32,531 bases of DNA, from IMG/VR virus record IMGVR_UViG_2568526722_000005. The stretch is one strand, 5' to 3'. Position numbers and translations under genes: made by a program. This document shows positions 1 through 8,939 of the stretch, one piece after another. Origin of the DNA: a virus. Lineage: Duplodnaviria; Heunggongvirae; Uroviricota; Caudoviricetes. Within the stretch, counting starts at the first letter, position 1; each line of letters starts with the position of its first letter. Below the pieces are notes generated by a model. The model was not told where the DNA came from and ran no database searches. It saw only the letters and a list, made by a program, of their open reading frames with translations.

Positions 1-348
1 CACCGCATCCAGAAAACGGGCGTAAACCTTACGCCGGACCACCGTTCCGCCGACCAGACTCTGCAGATCTTCCGCCATCCCGGTGACCATACCGTACAGG
101 TTAGAAACCGTCAGCGTGGGGCGCGTACTGGTGCCTTTGCCATTCAGTTCAAAACCACTCCCCTGAATGGGATACGGCTGATACTGTCGCCCCTGCCAGG
201 TGACCGGCTCACCTTTTTCGTTCTGCTCATTACAGAAAAAATAACGTTCTCCACCGACCTCTGTCAGATCGATTTCCCAGAGCACCACCAGGGCTGACTG
301 AGTGAGGCGTGTCGTCTCATGATGTGTTTCCTGTGGAATATCCTGCAT
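1..348 (-). CDS. L: Minor tail protein L (lambda gpL-like), N-terminal 116 codons; gene continues past the window start
   Basis: Reverse-strand translation from ATG at 348 gives MQDIPQETHHETTRLTQSALVVLWEIDLTEVGGERYFFCNEQNEKGEPVTWQGRQYQPYPIQGSGFELNGKG..., nearly identical to lambda gpL as I recall it; no stop before the window edge. Confidence 0.85.
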   Translation of the reverse strand, partial: MQDIPQETHHETTRLTQSALVVLWEIDLTEVGGERYFFCNEQNEKGEPVTWQGRQYQPYPIQGSGFELNGKGTSTRPTLTVSNLYGMVTGMAEDLQSLVGGTVVRRKVYARFLDAV

Positions 349-357
349 CAGAGCCTC

Positions 358-687
358 CTATGCCACGACCTGTTCAAAATCTGCCGTTATGGTTACCCAC
401 AGCGCCCCTACGCTCGCCGACCATTTACGACAAACCACCCTGATCGGCTTCCAGTCATAAGGTGGCGTCCACTGAAATGCGCGGACGCCACCGTGCCGTT
501 CCAGAAAGGCTTTTAAAGATGGGTGTTCACATTTACGAACACGTATCGTCACGCTGTAAGTCGACAACTGGTTATTCAGTCCCGCCACACGACGCTGTTC
601 ATAACCATCGCCCAGCTTCACTGTCACCACTTTCGGCTCTGATACCACATTCATATCCGGGCGCACTTTCCAGTGAAACGTCTCCAT
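358..687 (-). CDS. M: Minor tail protein M (lambda gpM-like), 109 aa
   Basis: 109-aa ORF METFHWKVRPDM...FEQVVA with the same length and clear similarity to lambda gpM; located between H and L as in lambda. Confidence 0.9.
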   Translation of the reverse strand: METFHWKVRPDMNVVSEPKVVTVKLGDGYEQRRVAGLNNQLSTYSVTIRVRKCEHPSLKAFLERHGGVRAFQWTPPYDWKPIRVVCRKWSASVGALWVTITADFEQVVA

Positions 688-3600
688 TACCGATATGCTC
701 CACTTAACCGACCACCATCACGGGCCTGCTGTTGCATAAAGTCCGCTGCTGCTTTTTTCCCGAGGTCATAAACCACCTTCAGGGCAGCCGGACCTATCTG
801 CCCGTTCGTGCCATCGTTATTGATCTCTATGTTGTACTGCGGGGCAAACATCGCCATACCTGAACCACCAATATCCGCCACAACCCCCAGCTTACCGTCA
901 GCATCACGACGCAGTGGCAGAATGGCTTCAGGTCCAGCTTCCCCCATCACACCCGCGCCTTTTGCAAAAGCAAAAAACGTCGGACGGTTAACCACCGTGC
1001 CACTGTAACGACTCAAATCAGCAGACTGATAAATCCCCCCATTGGCATTCAGGGAAAGGCTGCTGAGATCAAATCCCAGTACACTGCCAATCCCTTTTAT
1101 CGATTTCATCATGGTTGCCTGCGCCAGGATTTTCGCCATATCTGACAGCACAGAAGAGGTGAAGGATTTGAAATTGAGTTTGCCGGTAGTGACAAAAGTT
1201 GCCAGGCCATTTCCCATGTTGCTGAAGGCTGACGAGAACACCTGTTCTGCTGTTCCTGCCGTATTATCTGCATCCACGGTAAAATCCTGAAATGCACGCA
1301 GGACTCCGTTTTTCCAGTTACCCTGCACAACTTCAAGCTGTTGCCAGTAACGGCGATTCTCATTCAGTTGTCGGTTCAGGCTCTCCGTCAGCGCCTGCTC
1401 GGCCTTTCTGTAGTCATCCGTGTTATATGTCCCTTTCTGCTCACTATCCCGCCTCAACTGCTCCAGCTGTTGCTGGTATTTCTGGCGAAGACTCAGTTGT
1501 ACCTGATATCGCTGCTGCTGCTGATCACCCATACCCACCGTGGCGATATCCAGGTCATGTTGCTGACGCTGAGCGCGCTCTTCTTCAGCCAGTTGACTGG
1601 TCAGCTGAATTGTTTTTTTCTTCAGCTCGTTGAGTGCCGTCTGTTTCTGAAGCTCCTGCTGTTTTACATCCAGCAGCGTCAGTGCCTGAATCAGTTCATC
1701 TTTACGGGCCAGTACACTCTTTTCATCTGCCGTCAGTTTTTTCCCGTCCAGGTCGCTGATGCGCTGCTGCAGAGCCAGAAGCTGTTTATGCGCTTCTGTC
1801 ATCCTTTCCGTGGCAATGCCTGCTGACTGTCTGGCAGCAGCAATCTGTCCTTCCACCTGTGCCTGTTGCTGACTGTACTGCAGCAATAACCGGGTGGCCT
1901 CATCATTACGGGTTTCGCGTGTTTTTTTCTTACCGGATGCCAGGGCTTTCTCGTAACGTTCATTTTCACGTTGTATCGCCGCATCCCTGACAGCCTGATC
2001 GGCGTACTGCATGGCATTAATACGCGCAATTTCACGCTGATGTCGTGCTGCTTCCGTTTCATTCATCCGGTTCAGTACAGCATTTTCAGCATTACGGCGT
2101 TTCTGTTGCTCCTGATAATTCCGCTCTGCCTGCTCTTTTGCATCCTGCAAATCCTTCTGGCGTTTTTTCTCCTGAAGATCGTTAAGACGCTGCTGATCGT
2201 ATTCAACCTGAGAAGATGATGCCGTCCAGGGGAGTCTTTTCGCCCGCGACACTTTCTCCTGTAAAGCGGCAATCTGTTCATCCAGCGAGTCTTCACGACC
2301 AATATTCATGGCCGCATCCCAGAAACGACTCCATAAATCAGACAGATACTTCAGCGTACTGCCCAGCGCATTGAGGTTATTATCAATATCCGCAGTACGC
2401 CGACCGGTTTCCTCTGCCAGTGCAGACATGGCTATCCGTGCCGCATCACTGGACCGCCCCTGATCCCCAAGGACGCGTATCTGCTCAAGCTGAGTGGCAG
2501 TAAGAAAATGCAGCTCATTGTCCAGAGCCTTCGCGGCATTTACAGGATCATCCTTCAGCCGCTTAAACTGATTTATGGTATCGCTGACCGACTGGCCAAC
2601 CGATCGCTCCATCTGTGCGGCAGCTCTCGCCACCATACCGATATCGTTTCCACGAAATGCACCACTCCCCACCACCTGAGCCAGCGCACCGGCTGCAGCA
2701 TGTTGCGTGATACCATTTCCGGAAATAGCACGACTGAGCGTCCACAGCTGCCCGGCAGTGACTCCGGCATAATGCCCCGTCAGTGACAGCTGGCGGTTAA
2801 ATTCTTCCCCCTCCTTCTGACCGTCATACCAGGCTTTACCCAGACCATAGACGGCCGCGGCAATACCGCCAATAACCCCGCCCAGCATCATGCCTTTCGG
2901 TGACATCAGTGTGTCTATCCATCCGGCACGGTTAGCCAGCGTTATCCCGGTTCCCCTCAGCGCTCCTAAATTGCCACGGGCCAGTTCACCTATCAGAACG
3001 CCTATCTCCTGGCGGGCTGCTGCACTTTTCAGACCCAGCGAATGCGTGGCTTTTCCTGCCTGCTCCATTTTGCGGATATACACTTCTGCAGCACTGCTTA
3101 CCCCCAGCTGGGCTGCCCTGGCACGAAGCAACTCAGAAGATGAAAGATTCTGGCGGGTTGCCTGCTCTTTAAGCTGACGGATAAACGCCACTTTCTGTCG
3201 GGTAGCCTCTTCCTCAGCCTGTGTAAGAACACGGGTTTTCGCCGTAACCTCAGAAATCAGCGCCAGATAATCCTGCTGACCAATCCCGCCACTGTTTCTG
3301 GCCTGTCGGACCTGCTGCTGAATACGCTGTAATTCCTGCAGCCCCGCACTGGCCTGTTTCACACTGTCAATCTGACGATAAAACGCAGCAGCCGCTTTAT
3401 CCTGAGCCTCCGCCAGAGCCATGGCCTGCGCCTGTTCCTCACGCATTTTCTGGCTCAGTGCCTCCATGCGCTGGCGGGTTTTCTCCACCTCGCGGGCCAT
3501 GCGTTCATGAGCCTGTGCGTTCTTCTCCACCGTCTGCGCATGGACGGATGCGGCTGTTGCAGCCGAAGAAGCCGCCTGCGTTGTCTGCCGGGCGGCCTGA

Positions 3601-3752
3601 GTCTGACGCTCCATAAAACGCTGCATACGGGCAGAAGACCGTTCTGCATCGCTGGCTGCACCATTCAGAAGGTTTTTGATACGGGGAATTTCATTTTTAA
3701 ACTCTGCCGCATCAATCCCCAAATCAATGACCAGGTTGGCTATCTGGTCCAT
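687..3752 (-). CDS. H: Tail tape measure protein (lambda gpH-like)
   Basis: About 1020-aa ORF; N-terminus (MDQIANLVIDLGIDAAEF) and C-terminus (INNDGTNGQIGPAALKVVYD...RDGG) resemble lambda H; long Q/E/A/R-rich coiled-coil centre. Start chosen at internal Met by alignment to lambda H; longest ORF starts at 3782. Confidence 0.9.
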   Translation of the reverse strand: MDQIANLVIDLGIDAAEFKNEIPRIKNLLNGAASDAERSSARMQRFMERQTQAARQTTQAASSAATAASVHAQTVEKNAQAHERMAREVEKTRQRMEALSQKMREEQAQAMALAEAQDKAAAAFYRQIDSVKQASAGLQELQRIQQQVRQARNSGGIGQQDYLALISEVTAKTRVLTQAEEEATRQKVAFIRQLKEQATRQNLSSSELLRARAAQLGVSSAAEVYIRKMEQAGKATHSLGLKSAAARQEIGVLIGELARGNLGALRGTGITLANRAGWIDTLMSPKGMMLGGVIGGIAAAVYGLGKAWYDGQKEGEEFNRQLSLTGHYAGVTAGQLWTLSRAISGNGITQHAAAGALAQVVGSGAFRGNDIGMVARAAAQMERSVGQSVSDTINQFKRLKDDPVNAAKALDNELHFLTATQLEQIRVLGDQGRSSDAARIAMSALAEETGRRTADIDNNLNALGSTLKYLSDLWSRFWDAAMNIGREDSLDEQIAALQEKVSRAKRLPWTASSSQVEYDQQRLNDLQEKKRQKDLQDAKEQAERNYQEQQKRRNAENAVLNRMNETEAARHQREIARINAMQYADQAVRDAAIQRENERYEKALASGKKKTRETRNDEATRLLLQYSQQQAQVEGQIAAARQSAGIATERMTEAHKQLLALQQRISDLDGKKLTADEKSVLARKDELIQALTLLDVKQQELQKQTALNELKKKTIQLTSQLAEEERAQRQQHDLDIATVGMGDQQQQRYQVQLSLRQKYQQQLEQLRRDSEQKGTYNTDDYRKAEQALTESLNRQLNENRRYWQQLEVVQGNWKNGVLRAFQDFTVDADNTAGTAEQVFSSAFSNMGNGLATFVTTGKLNFKSFTSSVLSDMAKILAQATMMKSIKGIGSVLGFDLSSLSLNANGGIYQSADLSRYSGTVVNRPTFFAFAKGAGVMGEAGPEAILPLRRDADGKLGVVADIGGSGMAMFAPQYNIEINNDGTNGQIGPAALKVVYDLGKKAAADFMQQQARDGGRLSGAYR

Positions 3753-4074
3753 AACGCACACCTCCGGAAATACCTTCCCCAAGATGCATCAGTTCTTCGT
3801 CCGTTCGCTCCGGTATCCCGTTCTCTTCCGGTAAAAGGCTGAAATCAGCCACCGCAGCATCACTGCTACCGGACACCATTCTCACGATCAATGCCTTCAG
3901 CGAGGCAAACTGCGCATCCATCCACACATCACTGAAGCTCTGCATCCGGAAATAATCGCCCCACTCACCAAGCTCAGTGGCCGACATTTCCGACAGCATC
4001 CGCCGCCAGTCTGCCCGCCTGAACTCCCGGGCAAGCCGCATGACAAACTGCATTTCCCGCGTCAGGACTTTTCC
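3724..4074 (-). CDS. T: Tail assembly chaperone T segment, expressed as G-T fusion by -1 frameshift near the end of G
   Basis: ORF in the -1 frame relative to G, overlapping its 3' end; reading through the GGAAAAG run (4068..4074, minus strand) in -1 gives ...VLTREMQFVMRLAREF..., continuous with this ORF. Conserved lambda G/GT arrangement. Confidence 0.75.
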   Translation of the reverse strand, partial: GKVLTREMQFVMRLAREFRRADWRRMLSEMSATELGEWGDYFRMQSFSDVWMDAQFASLKALIVRMVSGSSDAAVADFSLLPEENGIPERTDEELMHLGEGISGGVRYGPDSQPGH

Positions 4075-4448
4075 GGCGTCAGCACCTCATGCTCCAAATC
4101 CCCGGCATTCTCAATGGCTCCCATACCGCTCAGCGACAGAACCATCTCCGCCCCCGCTCCCAGGGCATCATACGACCATGTTGTAATAACGGATGCGCAA
4201 AGCGTCTCAACATCCTGAGACTGTTCCGCATTCCACAGTGAGCGGGAAACCAGCCAGGCATTGATATCCATCCCCATCCGCAGAAAAGCAATCTGTCGTT
4301 CAGCCTCCGGCAGTTCTCCCTCTTCGGCATCAAACTTTGCCGTTCGCTGCTGAACAAACGCCAGATATTCAATTCTCTGCAGCCCGGACAGCTCACTGAG
4401 CACCACGGACTGCTTTTCATAATTAAACGTGCCCTGTTTCAGAAACAT
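4062..4448 (-). CDS. G: Tail assembly chaperone G (lambda gpG-like)
   Basis: ORF starting MFLKQGTFNYEKQSVVLSELSGLQRIEYLAF..., similar to lambda G (MFLKTESF...TLSELSALQRIEHLAL); sits between V and T/H. Confidence 0.85.
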   Translation of the reverse strand: MFLKQGTFNYEKQSVVLSELSGLQRIEYLAFVQQRTAKFDAEEGELPEAERQIAFLRMGMDINAWLVSRSLWNAEQSQDVETLCASVITTWSYDALGAGAEMVLSLSGMGAIENAGDLEHEVLTPEKS

Positions 4449-4508
4449 CATGTTCTCCACCTGCAAAAAAGCCCCGGATAACCGGGGCAAATGATGAGTA
4501 TCGTCCTG

Positions 4509-5258
4509 TTAACCTGCGGCGCTGACAGCCACCGCAGCCACTGCCACAAAATCGCCGTCAGAAGTCATGCCCACAATGCTGACACTGCCCTGCTTCACGC
4601 CTTTCACCGTGGCCACAAGCCCGTTCAGGGTCACCGTGGCAGTCTGTGGATCTGTCGAATGCACACTGATCGCTTTGTCACTGGCTCCGTCAGGTTTTAC
4701 TGTAAAGGTCAGCGTGGTGGTTGCTCCCACTTTTACACTGGCAGATGCCGGTGCCACCGTCAGCCCGGTAACGCTCACTGTTTCAGTGCCTTCCTCTGCC
4801 AGATACGGACGCCCCACACCGCTGATTTTCACTGTGCGGGTCATCACGTCTTTTGAGGCAATGGTTTTACCCAGTGAGCTCAGCCAGCCACGGAAAACAT
4901 CAACAGTGCCGTTGGGATATTTGATACGAAACGCGCAGACTTCACCGGAGTCGAACAACTGAACCAGTTTTTTCTGTCCGCTGTCACCCGGACGCCAGGC
5001 CAGCGTCGCCGAAGTATCACCGACGGATTTCTGCCCCTGTGTTGTCGTTTTCCAGTCTGCATCTTCATCATCGAGATAAGTGTCATCTTCTGCATCAGCG
5101 GTCATTTCGCCAGGTTGCAGATCCTTCACCATCGCAAGACGCAGCCAGTCAGTGTCCGATAAAGGGTTCGCAAACGCATCGCCCTTGCCGGTGTACATCC
5201 AGAACGTCGTTCCCGCACCTTTCGTTTTTGCCAGTGGATTTGGTGTGGTCATTGCCAC
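4509..5258 (-). CDS. V: Major tail protein V with C-terminal Ig-like (Big_2-type) domain
   Basis: 249 aa, size and position as lambda V; C-terminal stretch VSVTGLTVAPASASVKVGATTTLTFTVKPDGASD... is typical of the Ig-like domain of lambda V. Confidence 0.85.
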   Translation of the reverse strand: MAMTTPNPLAKTKGAGTTFWMYTGKGDAFANPLSDTDWLRLAMVKDLQPGEMTADAEDDTYLDDEDADWKTTTQGQKSVGDTSATLAWRPGDSGQKKLVQLFDSGEVCAFRIKYPNGTVDVFRGWLSSLGKTIASKDVMTRTVKISGVGRPYLAEEGTETVSVTGLTVAPASASVKVGATTTLTFTVKPDGASDKAISVHSTDPQTATVTLNGLVATVKGVKQGSVSIVGMTSDGDFVAVAAVAVSAAG

Positions 5259-5263
5259 CTCCT

Positions 5264-5677
5264 TTAATTCGTGTACGTGATCTGGTACGTGATTTCCGCC
5301 ATCGCCCAGGTGGCCATCTCATTATCACGTTGATAGTTAAAACCGAGAGGGATCAGGGTGTCGATGAGTCCGGAAAGTGCCGGTATATCATTCAGAGCCG
5401 GGAAAATGGTGCTCTCCATCCACATATCCAGCTCTGAATCCGGTGCCTGTGCCCGGATGAAGACAGCAATATGCAGAACAGCCTGCCAGTCATCTTCATC
5501 CGTCATTTTTCCGGTGTACTGAGCATCACTCAGCCACACCGCCACGGCAGGCAGTTCCTGCGCATCAATAAATGCCGGAAGCCCGTCAAAAAACGTGGCG
5601 CTGTCTCCACACTGTTCCCGAAGGCGTGCCAGTACGGCCTGGCGGATTTGTGTATGTCGGTTCATCGGGTCAGCCAT
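5264..5677 (-). CDS. U: Tail terminator protein U (lambda gpU-like)
   Basis: 137-aa ORF between Z and V; size and synteny as lambda U. Confidence 0.75.
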   Translation of the reverse strand: MADPMNRHTQIRQAVLARLREQCGDSATFFDGLPAFIDAQELPAVAVWLSDAQYTGKMTDEDDWQAVLHIAVFIRAQAPDSELDMWMESTIFPALNDIPALSGLIDTLIPLGFNYQRDNEMATWAMAEITYQITYTN

Positions 5678-6240
5678 AACCTCAGTTGTTGTTTCAGTGC
5701 ATACCCCAGCTGTTTCGGCATTTCCGCAGCAATGATGCGGTCGCGGGCATCTTCAAATGCCTGTGTCAGCGGTCCGGAAAGCGGGATTTTCACCACATCA
5801 ATGGGGTAACGATTTTTGCCATCAATACGCCGCATCACATGCCAGCGACCATTCGCCAGTTGCTGAATAAACGCATCCCGGAAAAGATATTTACCCACCT
5901 TCAGCACACTGCCACGGTACTGCAGTTTTCCACCACGCCGGGCCAGTCTGACCCGGGCTGTCCCCAGCTTAATGGCGGGCAGATTGCCCCGGTTAACGCG
6001 GATCCTGGCCGTCATTTTTCCTGACGGACTGGCTTTAAACACCCGGACACGCTGACGTACCAGTTTCAGGGGGATCCCTTTCACCTGGTTATCTCCCGCA
6101 ACGGTATTCCCGGCAACCTGCCGGGTGGCAACCGAGACCGCTTTCTGTGCCACACGGTTTATCGCCCATGCGCTGGCCTGTGGCACCATACGGGTATCAA
6201 GGCTGTTCAGATTGCGGATGGCATTCTCAAGCCCCTTCAT
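5662..6240 (-). CDS. Z: Tail completion protein Z (lambda gpZ-like)
   Basis: 192-aa ORF, same length as lambda Z, at the synteny position upstream of U; overlaps the U start. Confidence 0.75.
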   Translation of the reverse strand: MKGLENAIRNLNSLDTRMVPQASAWAINRVAQKAVSVATRQVAGNTVAGDNQVKGIPLKLVRQRVRVFKASPSGKMTARIRVNRGNLPAIKLGTARVRLARRGGKLQYRGSVLKVGKYLFRDAFIQQLANGRWHVMRRIDGKNRYPIDVVKIPLSGPLTQAFEDARDRIIAAEMPKQLGYALKQQLRLWLTR

Positions 6241-6251
6241 CCCACACCTCT

Positions 6252-6527
6252 TTACTCAATAAAGATCATTGGCTTACCGTTAAAACGTTCATGCCGTGTG
6301 ACCGTCCATTGTTGTCCGTCATAAACAACGCGATCCCCGCGCCGTGGGCGGTATCCCGAAGAAAACACCACCAGAGAGACCGCAGGTCCGGACAGAGCAT
6401 TCAGCTCTGCCAGTGTTTCGCCCGGGATCACAGCCATATCGACATCATTAATCGAGGCTGTCTTTCCCATCTTTCTGACCGTGATCGCATCCATACGCGC
6501 TGCCAGCCGGGAAAAGGGATCAGACAT
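6252..6527 (-). CDS. Head-tail connector, FII-like by position
   Basis: 91-aa ORF between the head genes and Z, translationally coupled to the upstream ORF; assignment by synteny only. Confidence 0.45.
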   Translation of the reverse strand: MSDPFSRLAARMDAITVRKMGKTASINDVDMAVIPGETLAELNALSGPAVSLVVFSSGYRPRRGDRVVYDGQQWTVTRHERFNGKPMIFIE

Positions 6528-6843
6528 TGAGTTTTACCGGCACTTCTTCTGCACTGGTTCCGGCATCTGCCCAGACAACCCCGACCAGCGGATCAGAGCC
6601 GCTGTTAGTCAGCTGAACTTTTCCGGACTTCAGATAAACCTTCTTACCCGTTTTCATGTCATCCGTTTTCAGTTTAGGCAGGATAAACACACCTTCGGTC
6701 ATGCCGTCGCCTGTTTCACCCTGTGGAATATCGGTCAGCGCCACCGCAAAAACATCACCCACCTGCACCAGATCTCCGCTGCTGATGGCTGCACTGGCAA
6801 CAATCGCCACCGTTTTTCCTTCTTCTACAAAATTCTTTGCCAT
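6520..6843 (-). CDS. Small head-associated protein (decoration or DNA-stabilisation type), function unassigned
   Basis: 107-aa ORF (MAKNFVEEGKTVAIVASAAISSGDLVQVGDV...) with GGAGA Shine-Dalgarno, immediately downstream of the capsid gene. Confidence 0.4.
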   Translation of the reverse strand: MAKNFVEEGKTVAIVASAAISSGDLVQVGDVFAVALTDIPQGETGDGMTEGVFILPKLKTDDMKTGKKVYLKSGKVQLTNSGSDPLVGVVWADAGTSAEEVPVKLNV

Positions 6844-6886
6844 AACTGTCTCCGCACAGCCCCGTTCAGGGGCTGATTTCAGGTAC

Positions 6887-6905
6887 AAAAAAAGCCCTTA
6901 CGGGC
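6887..6905 (-). terminator. Weak intrinsic terminator or attenuator downstream of the capsid gene
   Basis: Minus strand reads GCCCGTAAGGGC followed by TTTTTTT; 4-bp GC stem plus U-run just after the capsid stop. Confidence 0.3.
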
Positions 6906-6929
6906 CATCAGAGTTGTTGTCTGCGACGT

Positions 6930-8939
6930 TTACGCCGTACATTTCACCAGACCGCGGTGATCAACTGGCGCGACACCGGCGTCAATACGCACTTTCGTTG
7001 TCACGCCATCCACACTGAAGCCCTCCATCTGATCAATATATGGCGTATCCACACCGTTGAGATAAGCCACTTCAATCGTATCGGAGCCTTTTGACGCAGC
7101 CAGGTAGAAGGTGGTCTGGCTGTTATCATCAAGACGAGGCTCTGCAATAACGGTCGCAAAATCTTTCACCGGGTTAATAATACCGGCGTTAATGTCAGCC
7201 CCCTTGACACTTGAGGAGCGAATGACCTGGTTAGCAACAGACTCCATCGCCGTCGGTACCAGTACGAACGCAGGACGAATATTCAGATGACGCTCCCCCT
7301 CTTTCTGAACGCGCATCAACTGGCGGGCTTTATCCAGCGATGCCACGTCCATTGCAGCGCTCTCCAGTACGTTTGCATGTTTCGCTTTATCGAACAGACT
7401 TACATTATCTGTGGAGATTTTCGGGTTAGACGTCAGAATGGCATAAACCAGATCGGCAATAGTGGATTTCGCCGCACGGCCCAGTTTCATCGGGACATCG
7501 GTCAGCATATTCAGATCATCATTGATAATGGCCTGACGGGTGATACTGAACAGCTCGCCATAGGTCGCCAGTGCAATAGTGGCCTGTTTATCTCCGGTGG
7601 TGACGTATTTATATTCCGCCCCTTCACGCACCTGACGCAGAGCACTGAAGCCACCCATACCCACACGATGGGCAATTTTAAAATCAGACAACTGACCTTT
7701 CCGCGTCCACTGTTCATAGGTTTCAGGGGCATCTTCCCAGCCCTGCAGAATGGCTTTGTTCGCAACATCCAGCAGAATATTACCGAAGTCAGACGTACTG
7801 TGTGTGAACGCCGCACCGACCATCTGCATCGGGTTATAACTGGAAACCCCAATACCCCGTTCAGTCAGTGACATACGGGCATATTCACGCAGGGTCATCC
7901 CGTTGTAGACATTATCACGTTCGGTTTTTTCAAATCCGGCACGCGCCATCAGCGCCTGGCGGATCCCGTCCCCCACAAAATTACCGTTACCGGCATAAAT
8001 ATGAGCCGGGGTATTTTTATTGGATGGCGTGGACTCGCGCCCCATCTCGTTCAACAGCTTTTCGCGGGCCTGCTCCAGCGAACATTCAGGATCGGCAAGA
8101 CACTGAGCCTGCAGCGTCTGATAACGCCCGCCAAACATGGCAAACAGATCATTAATACCGTTTACACGCGCTTTTTGCTCTGCCAGTACCTGCGCACGGA
8201 TGCTGTTTTCATCCACCACGGGTGCTGCTGCCTGCACTGGCGTCCGGGAGGCTTCAGGTTCATTATCCTGTACGCGTGGAGCACTGTTGCGTGGCGGAGT
8301 AATCATGTTTCGAATGGATTCCGGCATCTTTTTAAATTCCTCTGTACGTTTTGACTGAATACATGCCATTGCCTTAACGGCTGGCGTTACCTGATCAGCA
8401 AATCCATGTGCCAGACATTCGGCACCGGACATCCAGGTCTCATCCGCCAGCATGGCAGCAATTTCATCGGTGGTTTTCCCGGTTTTCTGTGCATAAGCGG
8501 GTAACAGAACCGCCTCAACTTTATCGAGCAGGTCGGCATAGGTGCGCATGTCCTCCGCATCACCGCCCGTAAAGCCAAATGGTTTATGAATCATCATGAA
8601 GGTGTTTTCCGGCATAATGACCGGGTTTCCCACCATCGCAATGACCGACGCCATTGACGCCGCCACACCGTCGACATAAACGGTAATGGACGCACCATGT
8701 GTTTTCAGCGCATTAAAAATGGCGATGCCTTCAAAGACATCGCCACCCGGTGAATTAATATGGAGATTAATGTGGGTGATATCGCCCAGTGCATTCAGAT
8801 CACTGATAAACTGCTTCGCTGTAACACCCCAGAAACCAATCTCGTCATAAATATAAATATCCGCGTCACTCTGGTGACCAGCCTGCATCCTGAACCAGGA
8901 ATTATTCTTCGGACTGGTCGTCGGTGTGCTGCGGCTCAT
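6930..8939 (-). CDS. Prohead protease (ClpP/S14-like) fused to major capsid protein
   Basis: N-terminal region has ClpP-like motifs (IYIYDEIGFWG...INSPGGDVFEGIAIFNAL...ASMASVIAMVG...MMIHKP); C-terminal about 400 aa is capsid-like. Longest ORF starts at 9149 but overlaps the portal; start at about 8939 is inferred. Confidence 0.8.
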   Translation of the reverse strand: MSRSTPTTSPKNNSWFRMQAGHQSDADIYIYDEIGFWGVTAKQFISDLNALGDITHINLHINSPGGDVFEGIAIFNALKTHGASITVYVDGVAASMASVIAMVGNPVIMPENTFMMIHKPFGFTGGDAEDMRTYADLLDKVEAVLLPAYAQKTGKTTDEIAAMLADETWMSGAECLAHGFADQVTPAVKAMACIQSKRTEEFKKMPESIRNMITPPRNSAPRVQDNEPEASRTPVQAAAPVVDENSIRAQVLAEQKARVNGINDLFAMFGGRYQTLQAQCLADPECSLEQAREKLLNEMGRESTPSNKNTPAHIYAGNGNFVGDGIRQALMARAGFEKTERDNVYNGMTLREYARMSLTERGIGVSSYNPMQMVGAAFTHSTSDFGNILLDVANKAILQGWEDAPETYEQWTRKGQLSDFKIAHRVGMGGFSALRQVREGAEYKYVTTGDKQATIALATYGELFSITRQAIINDDLNMLTDVPMKLGRAAKSTIADLVYAILTSNPKISTDNVSLFDKAKHANVLESAAMDVASLDKARQLMRVQKEGERHLNIRPAFVLVPTAMESVANQVIRSSSVKGADINAGIINPVKDFATVIAEPRLDDNSQTTFYLAASKGSDTIEVAYLNGVDTPYIDQMEGFSVDGVTTKVRIDAGVAPVDHRGLVKCTA

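Noticed and set aside
1341-1826. 161-aa plus-strand ORF (and neighbouring plus-strand ORFs 808..1008, 1042..1290, 1292..1633, 2508..2786, 2890..3177) inside the tape-measure gene
   Set aside because: Leucine-rich, low-complexity translations that are the antisense mirror of the Q/E/A/R-rich coiled-coil coding strand; no ribosome-binding sites; typical shadow ORFs.
7287-7871. 194-aa plus-strand ORF and other antisense ORFs (7868..8155, 8001..8354, 8760..9047, 9709..10122) inside the capsid and portal genes
   Set aside because: Antisense to well-supported structural genes, with no start context and composition typical of GC-rich shadow frames.
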